Source: Lama glama (Eukaryota). From it: 64,000 bases of DNA. The notes beneath the pieces are model-generated. The model did no database searches. It saw nothing but the letters and a program-made list of their open reading frames with translations, and was not told the DNA's origin. The stretch spans positions 40,054,001 to 40,118,000 of the forward strand of contig CM052817.1 in the NCBI GenBank assembly GCA_028534125.1, given 5' to 3'. How positions within the stretch are numbered: position 1 is the first letter of the stretch; the number at the start of each line of letters is the position of its first letter. Below, in pieces: positions 54,793 through 64,000 of the stretch. The position numbers and the translations under genes were made by a program.

Positions 54793-57700
54793 CCTTGACA
54801 CGTAATTTTATTTACTATGTATGCATCCTTAACAGAATTTCTGTCTGCAAAAACAAGCAAATAAATGTAAAAATTTATCTATTTTTTCTAGCTTTCACAA
54901 AAGATAACACACCATATCATTTTTCTGCTCTTGACTGTCTCACTCTTTCAGAAGATTTTACCACGTAAGTCCAGAAAGCTTAAGTCCAGAGAGCTTCTTC
55001 ATTCTTTTTTTAGACCTGGAGAGTATTTCACATAATTCGGGGATGCCATGGTTTATTTAATCCCTATAGCTAGACGCTTAGGTTATTTTTAGTCGATCAA
55101 CCAATGTTGCAATGAATAACCTTGTACACACATCGTTTTATATGTGTACAGGTAGAATACATTCCAAGAAGAGAGTCAAAGGTACTTACAGTTTTGATAG
55201 ATACTGCCAAATTGCACTTTATAAGGATAGTACCATTTTGCCTTCCAAGCAGCAATACATAAGAGTGCAAACTTCTCTACAACCTTGCCTATATATATGT
55301 CAAAAATACGAAAGGATGTCAAACTTGAATTTTTGCCACTTGACATGTGAAAAATAGCATGTTCCCTCTACTGGGAAGGGAAAAGAAAAGAAGACCAGAA
55401 ACAAGGAAATTCTTCGAGAAAGTAATGTGGAGAGTACCACATCAATTCAGCTCTCACTCCCTTGGCAAAAACTTAGAAATGACCATTCCTATCAACAGTG
55501 AGACTGGAAATTTAGTTTCCTTTTGCCCAGGAAAAAGGAAAGGATAATTTTAGAAGGACAATCAGCAGTCTCAACTACCATCTGTCCCTCTGACCATAAT
55601 ATTTGTGTGTATCCTTCTTACAGTAGAACATTCTCACCCCTAAAGAAGAGAATTCTGTTTCCCATTCAGTTTCTCTACCAGCTTAAAAACCCAGAATATC
55701 TGATGGTGTATAACCCTCTCCATCTGGTTGGGATGTGGCTTTTCATAGTCCAGACACATGTACATTATAGAACAAATTTTCTGCCTTATGCCATACAAAA
55801 CAGTAGTGGAGCAGAAACAGGGTAACCAGTTACAGCTCATAGAAAGTAAGAGTGGAAAACACACAACAGTTACTTGTCTATAACAATGGTAAAATCCTGG
55901 GCAGCAATTATAAACATCCACTACCTTGGTTAGACCCTAGTTGTGCATTTCAAGAAGATGTTGATCGTTCACTGTATTCCGTGGGCCCAAACTTTTCACT
56001 CTGAATACAAGTTATCTGAATGTTGCCAGGTATGCCCTCTTAAGGGAAATGCTTTAGAGCTTGAACAATTGAGGGCATTTTTAGGCCAGGTTTTTCCAGT
56101 GTTTTTTTAAAACATAATTTTATTGACTATTCTGCAAACTCTGTTTGCTTACAGACAGTCCCAGGTGCCAGTGACCACACCCAAAGTTGTTTCTAGAAGT
56201 AGTCATTAAATCTGCCCTATTTCCTGACTTCCACACTTAACCTGTTCTTAACATCTTTTGAATGATGGCAACCTTGAATTATCTGAAACAATAAAATATG
56301 TGAGAAGAGAACTCTGTTAGTTTGACTTTTGCTTCAGCTTATCTTTGTTTTGTACTGTTTTTTATTTATTTGTGTTTTCCAAAAAGTCTTAATGGGTTCC
56401 AAGAAATCTCTAAGCCAAGTCTTCTCTTCTGTTTTTTCTTTTCTTTACTTTTCTTTTCTTTTCTTTTCTTTTATATTAGGTTTAAAACACTTGGCTTTTT
56501 CAACTTTGTGAAGCACCACAATTTCTGGACATTGTACTCCCTGTTCGCCCCACCTTCAAACTTTACTTGTAATACCTTGCAGTAAGACAAAAAGAAGTAG
56601 CCACACACACAAATTGGCTCTTTCCAGATACCTCCACTAGAGCTACAAGCTAGGGAAGAAGGCTATCTGTCTTCCTAGTTATTGCAGGCATCAATTTTAC
56701 TAAATTTTTTGACATGACAAGCCCTCCCCTTTCCAGACTGCTTATTACCCTGGCCTAACCTCTCAGAGAATACTGCATATTTTTATATTTTTCTCATAGC
56801 AGTGAGAAAAACAAACCTGGACGGCACTGAAAGCTTGTTCTCTCCCTCTTTTCAGTTACTTAGCAAGAAACTAGCTAAGCACATCTGAGTTAAGGGAAGT
56901 GCACGAATCCTAGTTCTTTTTTACCAGGTAAAACTTTGGGTCCCAGCCCTGACTTACTGAGTCAAAGTTGTCATGTTTACAAAATCCATCTGGTAATTCT
57001 TGCACATTAAAGCTTGAGTAGCACTGCTCTGGGTGATGTCACTGCTGGTATATGAGCTCTTCTCATCAAACTCTTACTTAATAAGGCTGTTTCTCTGTTC
57101 AGGGATCTCCCATTTTTACATAATCAACTAGGTGGTCTCTAGTCCCTCACGGTTTCCCTACTAATATGCAAAGGAAGTCATCCTGGGGTCCTTTTCCTAG
57201 CTCATCTTCTACTCTACATCCCATGTGCCCAGCTCAAATATGTTATAAAAGTCAAAAAAAATTAAATAAAAAGCATAAGTGAGTGTACATATTCTGCTGC
57301 TTTCTGAGCACTAATCTTTACTCTGAATTTGTTCCATATGTTGTTAGTGCCATGTATCAAAATTGTTCTTGAATCGTCTCGTGTTTCCCAGCCTAGTTCC
57401 CAGAATCAGCCATTTCTCCAAAAAGCCTTTGTTCCTTTAGTCCCTTTTAGGAATGAGATTTACAGATAACAATCTGAGTGCTAGGGATGCTCATTGCTAC
57501 CATGCTGGTCACTTGGGAACCTTTTCATAGGCTAGAGCTAGGATATATATACATATTTTAAGGCTAAAATAACTCATGAGTTTATAATGATACTTACAAT
57601 TCCAATTTGGGTGGTTTTACTTAACCTCTTCTCTACTACATCTGTATCTCCTCACTTCCACATCCAAAACCCTGGCCCACAATACATAGGAGATCACAGA

Positions 57701-59412
57701 CTCAGAATTTTCCATAATTCATTTCATTCATCCCACATTATACACACAATGGCCTCAGAATAACAATACTAAAACGAACACTTTCAATATGATTGCCAAA
57801 AAGAGTTCAGTATTTTCCTGCCATTCCTTGCCCCATTTCCTCTTATTTTTCTTAATTGTACATATCTATATTGTGAGCACACACAGCCATTACAAATGGC
57901 ACTTTCTTGCTTTTAAGCCTAATTTAGTCTTAGTTCTGTAAGTAGTTCATATTTAATGCTCACCATCAGCTCTTCTATCGATAGCTCTCTGATCCTTTTG
58001 GTTGTCTGAAGTTAGTTCTTTAAAAGGTTTCTCAGGAAGTATTCAAGGAAACCACATTCTTAGTAACATCTTCTGTCTCTTGTGTTTGAAAATCAGGTTT
58101 GTTAGATATAATCAACCTTGCGTCACTTTTCCTGACTGTACCACATCTTAAGTGTGGTACTCTATTTTCTTGTGGCATAAAGCGTTGCTGAAAAATATCT
58201 CATACTAGACTATGTGCTGATGTTGGTCATTCTGGGTCAATATTCTCAGGTACACAGTGTGCTCTTTCCATATGTAGTTTCCATTTTTTTTTTGGCAAAA
58301 ACTTATCTATAATTATAATATCTTACACTTGTTCTATTCTTTTGGTTTCTTTCTTCAGAAACTACTGTTATCTATATGTTAAACCAGAAGATCTACCTAT
58401 TTTCAATGTTAGTCACCATTCCTCAAAATCTTTTTATTTCCTTTTTCATATATTTTTATTTTTAAAAATTTCCTCCTTTTCACTATATTTCTCATGAAGC
58501 ATTATCTGCCATTTTTATTTTCTCCTGGTTTCCTTCTACTTTAGTCTTCATTTCTAATGTGATGTTTTTTCTAATTATTTCCTGAGTTCTACCACTTATT
58601 CTGGGTGTTCCTAATTTTATTGTGTTATCCTATCACGTCCTATATCATTTCCTTTTCAATTTAACTCATGAGAAAAGTGTATTAAAGCTTAAAAATAAGT
58701 ATCTCATCTTCTTTTCAATTTAGCTAGTGATTACTTTCCCTTTTCTGACATTCACAATCAAACGCTTTTTCTCTAATAATATATGAGAACCAGTTGTCAG
58801 TCATTTCCTTCCTTCTAGACACTTTAGTCCCCCATTGGCTCTTTACTACACCTCAGTAAATGAGAGTCTTATGAATATTTTCACTTCCACACCTTGCAGT
58901 CCTAGTGGAGACTTTCAGAACATAAGGATGTAACTTCTGCTCCTTCCACCTCCACTTATTTCCTAAGTTTCACTGAGAAAAGTTGGTATTTTTGTTCTGT
59001 TTCACCAAGTATTTTGTTTCCCTTTGCAGTACCTCTCTTGTAGTTTAGGACTCCTCAATTTTCCTCTTGTGTTATAATTCCCAGTTACATTGTTATTATT
59101 CACTTTCACTGCTATATAAATTCAAAGTAAGTTACTCATCACAATGTCCCTTTCTCTTCATCTTTCCTGTCTTCATATGAGGTCTCTGTTCCAATTGTTT
59201 TATTGTTTGGTAGTATTTACGCTTAAGTGGCCCGTTAAATGCTGTGCATGGATAACATACTTGTGAATCCGTGCCTACTCAGAAATATTTATCATCCTGA
59301 CAGTTGATGGGATTTCCGCTGAGCTGCTGTCGTTTTCCCTCAGTGACCTGCAAATGTTATTCCACCAGTCTTCTAGCTTCCAGGATTTCAGATAAGTCCA
59401 ATGCCAGTGATG

Positions 59413-59560
59413 TCTCTCTCTCTCTCTTTCTCCCCTCCCTCCTATCCATCTCCTTCTCTCCTCCTCTGTCTTTCTCTTCCTCCTTCCCTCCTTCTCTTCC
59501 TCTCTCCTCCATTCTGTCTCTCCCCCTTGTTTCTCTTTCTCTCTCCTTCTTTCTTCTCTT
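59413..59560. repeat. CT-rich low-complexity tract
   Basis: Near-pure polypyrimidine run of ~150 bp. Confidence 0.9.
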
Positions 59561-59914
59561 TGAGAGACTAAATATGCAAACAGGCAATGGGAAGACCATA
59601 TAGAAAAATAAAACTCTGACTCATAACCTGTAGCAACCAGTCCAAGAAATCAACTCACTATCTGCAGCAACCATCCCAGGATACATGCAACAACATGAAT
59701 GAATCTCAAAAGCAATATGCTGAGTGAAAGAAACCAGATATATATATATATATATATATTTATTTATGTATATAATTGTTCCATTTACATGAAGTTCTAA
59801 ATTATAAAAAAAACTAATCTATGGTGGTAGAAAATCTGAACTTACTGGAGGAGGGGGAAATGGAAAAGGGTAGGAATTTACTGGGAAGTAGCAGGAGGTG
59901 ACAGAAATGTTCCA

Positions 59915-60074
59915 GAGGGAGGGTATAGCTCAAAATGCTAGAGTGCATGCTTAGCATGCACAGGGTCTTGGGTTCAATCCCCAGTACCTCCTCTAAAAAA
60001 TAAATAAATGAATGTAATTACCTCTCTCACCCCCCCCAAAAAAAAACTTTAAAAAAAGAAGATTTTAACGAAAA
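59915..60074 (+). mobile_element. Vic-1-type SINE nested in an old L1 3' end (59680-60190)
   Basis: Perfect TSD agaaatgttcca. Confidence 0.85.
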
Positions 60075-62436
60075 AGAAATGTTCCATATGTTGGTAGGAG
60101 TGTGGGTTACATGGGGTGTACGGATTTATCGAAGTTTATCAAACTATACACTTAAGATCTGTGCATTTCCCTGAATGTAAAACCTTAAAAAGGGAACACA
60201 CACACACAGACACACACACAATTAATAATTAATAAATAAAAAGGGGACACAATCATGCTTTTTGTTCCATAGTCTTGTGTGTATGTGTTGAATTTAGTCT
60301 TCTATTTAGATATCTACATATTTTATTATTTATGTACTTATATATTTATTGATGTATTTTATGCTTTTATTTATGTATTTATTTATGGTTTAAGTTGTAT
60401 TCTCTTTTTCTAGTAGTTTCAAGGCTAGTGCTCATCCAGCCTCAGAGAAATAGAAGTTCCAACAAAACCCTTACACTTCCGCAAAGCTCCTCTAGTGTCA
60501 AGATGACCAGCAAATCCTCTCAGGACAGTGCCAGTACAGATCTGATCTTTCTACTTCAAGGTCCATGGATCTTCACAGGCTACACTCTCTTCATTACTCA
60601 CTGTGTTCTGATTCTCTTTCCTTTCTATCTCTAGAATCACCGTAACCTGAGGCTTCATTCGTGCCATCTGGTGCCCACCCTGTCTGTCTGCTGTTCTCAT
60701 ATGTTCATGTTTCAAGTGGAATCATATAGTTGAAAGTAGGTAAAAGAGGTGTGCTAGCCTGATTGATTTTTGTAAACCACCTGGTACCCAGAACTATGTG
60801 CTTTGTGTTAACTAGGCACTCAAAGAAAATTTGTTAAATTGAGTGAATAACATAGTTGGATAAATAGGAGACCTCAAAAATCCCAGCATGTTGAATGTGA
60901 TGTTGTTTCTGTCTCAATCTCCCTTCCCTGAGAGTCTTCACCCGTCCCTTGAGGAACAACAAGGTTTGCTGACTTTTCCCATCAATTTAAGTGCTAAAAT
61001 CAAGGAGTTTACAACTCTCAGGGCTGAGTAGGAACTAACATCAGTAAGGTGGAAAAGATAATGCAAATCTGCCACGAACTGTGGCAACAAGCAGAAGCAG
61101 ATAGTTAAACTCAGGTTGTAAAGCAAGAGATCGGAGAGCTAATAAGATGATTTGGAAAGGGTGGGTTAAGAGTGTAAGTGGAAGGACTGTCCTGGGTGAA
61201 AACTGTGATGAGCATTGTGGTCCAACAATAGAGACCCTCAGACTCTTTTAATAAAATAACACCTGGAGGACTTTCAGCATCTACCAAGATGTAGAGAGCT
61301 GGAAAGAGCACTGCTCTCGCCACACAGCAATAAGCTAGGTCATCTACAAAATTATAGCTTTTATTAAACCAATCAAAGACCTGCGATTATAGGGCAACCA
61401 ACTAGCCTGAAATGTAAGGAAAGGCTTGTGCTTCTAAACACAGATGAGAATCATGCTTGTAGGGAGCCATGATTATAAGTGGATTCACATCCACTCTCAG
61501 GCTGGTCTCCTGGGACCCCCCAGTGGGCAGCCAGGACAAAGATTGGGGGCAGGGTGGAAGGTAAGAGACAGACTCCTGGGTCCTACAAGCCTAGAAGAGA
61601 GGATTGGCTGCCATTGTAGGAAAGGCAGGAGAAAACCCAGTCCCTTCTCCCCTAAGGAAGGAAAGACTTGAATTGATGGGAAAAGGCAACAAACCTTGCT
61701 ATTCCTCAAGGGATGGGTGAAGACACAATGCAGCTGGAGGAATAGGGAAAAGAGGCGGGGAAACCGTTCTAATCCTGGGAGAGGAACTGGAAACTGTCTA
61801 GGGGACAGATTCAACCTTGCAGATAAAACGTAGTGCATGGGAAGAAATACTCTTCCTCTGCGGCTGATATTTGTGTGTTGTGTGTATTATGTCTACGTAT
61901 GATACTAGGTGACAGCCACTGGAAGGCAAGCCTGTGAACTAAGGCAAGACCTTGAGAATGGCCGTGTGGAGAGGAAGAAAGAGCCAGCTTCTTTGATGAT
62001 ATCTTTTCTCTGCTGAACTATCCTGGAAAATTTCTCTACCATTTATTTTATGAGCTATGCAGAGTGTTATGAAATATATAAGCTATTTTTACCTGGGCTT
62101 TCTATGACTTGCAGCTGAAAGCTGCCTAGTTACTGTCCTTAGTAAGTTACAACTATGTAGCAGATAGCTTTGTGGGTAGCTTTGTGAATTCACAGGCCTC
62201 AGGCCAGGGCCATCTCAAGAATTTTTACATTGGAAGAACAAAGAACAGCAGTTTGATTGGAATAAGGAGGTGAATGCTATGTGAGCAGGGCAGTTTACAG
62301 AAGACTGATGAGTCATTTGTCTTCCTCAAAGAAAGGGGTTGTTTTCATGGAGATTATAAAGGGTGAAAGTGTTCTAATCTCCTCCCAGTCTACACCTATG
62401 TAGGCCCATGTACATGGTGTCTTCACATCTACCTCT

Positions 62437-63025
62437 TCTGGCAGTTTGGATCAATGCCCTCAATTCTTCATTCCCTCTCTGTACTAGAACTGGTAATACA
62501 CCTACACCCTGTGCCATGTACCTTCTACCTCACTAGTGTAGAAAGGAATATATATGCTCCATCTTATTGATATTGGGCCATATGACTTGTTTTGGCCAAT
62601 GAAACAAGTGGCAGTTGTCTGGCAGAAGTGACAGTGTGCCAGTTGGCCAGAGAAATAGCCTTAAAAAGGATAGCATGCTTCCACTCATTCCTGTTGTGTT
62701 CCTATGCAGTGGGGAAGGTAGAGCTCAGTGGTAGAGCGCATGCTTAGCATGCCCAAGGTCCTGGATTCAATCCCCATTGCTTCCATTAAAAATAAATAAA
62801 TAAAGCTGTTGTGTTCCTGTGCTCCACTAGGAGAGTGTGCCTGGGTAGCTAATGCCCTATCAGCTTGGGGCCAGAATTTTGATATACAAAACAGATGGGA
62901 ACCCAACCGTAAGCCTGGGTTCCAAACCTACCTGAGCCCTGCCTAGGTCAATGAACCCAGTCAATTCATGAGAAAAATAAATGCTTGTGATTATAAGCCA
63001 TGAAGGATTTTAAGGTATTTTGTAA
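62437..63025 (+). mobile_element. MLT1 (MaLR) LTR interrupted by a SINE
   Basis: tgacttgttttggccaatgaa...aaataaatgcttgtgattataagcca. Confidence 0.7.
62711..62804 (+). mobile_element. Vic-1-type SINE (short-tailed)
   Basis: TSD-like ctgttgtgttcctatgc / ctgttgtgttcctgtgc. Confidence 0.85.
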
Positions 63026-63569
63026 TTAAAACCAAAACCAAAACAACAAAAACTCTACCTGGTTTTCAGTCTCTCTGGAGGGAGATATTTTCTTTCTCTT
63101 ACTAGGTGGAAAGGTGGGCACACTTTTTCAAACACATTAAACTCTTTGTGTCCAGGTCCAAATAAGCAAAGCTGAGAGAAAGGAAGCACTTCCCTCTCCC
63201 GGTGTGAGCCCTTCTTTCAAGTTCCCATATCCTGTCTCAAGTTGTGTCTCTTAGGGTGACGGAGGGAGTTTGGCAATATCTACTTCCTTCAAGGGAAAAC
63301 CCCACTCCTAACCACAGGGATGGTTATACCCCTAGAAGGACAAGTACATCAGAACATTACAGAGGATCCTCTACTTCTATCCTTTTAATTAGAAAATCAA
63401 AAACAACAATCATGGAGGCAAAGAAATCATATAACCAGAGGAAAAGTAAATGAATCCTACCTGGCCCAGCAGATGACTTTAGTGGTTGACTTTATTTTTT
63501 CAGGTGGTTTGACATTATTAGTCACATCATGTGCCATAAGGTAAAAACCTGGAGTGTGTTCAAAGTATA

Positions 63570-64000
63570 CTGATCCATATTCCCTTAGTCCAAATCCTTG
63601 GGTATCTATGTGTTTTTGGAATTAAGGATATTTTGAATTTTAGAAAGCATGTGCAGATTATAAGAACACTCCTTTTTTTTCTTTTAAAACCAACTTTAGT
63701 GGAGTATAATTTACATATACTAAAACATCTGTTTTAAGTGTAATGAGTTCAGGCCATTGTATATAACCTTATGCAACCAAGACCACAATCAAGGTCAAAA
63801 ACATTGCCATCACCTCAGAAAGTTCCTTCCAACCCCTTAGGCCTTTATCAAATTCCATAATCAAACACATATTTCTGCACTGACATATATTGAATACTCA
63901 CATTAAATATTCTAAAGAATATTAATACCTTATGTCATATTGGTTTTCCTACTAAATGAGTTTGTCATAAGGGTCCAGAAATTTCAGTTTTCAAAACGTT
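63570..64000. mobile_element. MER46C-like Tigger element interrupted by a - strand L1 piece (~63672-63845)
   Basis: ccaaatccttggg...tgtgtttttggaatt...ttttagaaag; resumes at taatcaaacacat. Confidence 0.6.

Noticed and set aside
59304..59603. ORFs over the CT-rich tract
   Set aside because: Artefacts of low-complexity sequence
54600..64000. A further gene upstream of COPS4 (LIN54 expected from recalled human synteny)
   Set aside because: No exon or CpG island recognised; the region is almost all repeats

Overview
Mammalian genomic DNA, most likely camelid, judged from several tRNA-Ala-derived Vic-1-type SINEs and young L1 3' ends. It holds two convergent, intact spliced genes. PLAC8 is on the + strand: CpG-island promoter at ~0.75-1.5 kb, coding exons 10036-10147, 11951-12075 and 17109-17213 (113 aa), and a non-coding last exon from 20569. 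COPS4 (COP9 signalosome subunit 4) is on the - strand: 10 coding exons between 54164 and 25667, 1221 nt, 406 aa, all GT-AG. The rest is intron or intergenic DNA dense in L1, L2, MIR, ERV/MaLR LTRs and Tigger/Charlie DNA transposons. I found no convincing new biological system. The most notable items are a tailless 5'-half tRNA-Gly(TCC) retrocopy, an LTR cluster with a MER41-like solo LTR just upstream of the first PLAC8 coding exon, a possible in-frame N-terminal extension of PLAC8, a one-strand bias of all young retro-insertions, and three co-oriented CTCF-like motifs. Repeat subfamily names and human/mouse comparisons are from memory and need a database check.
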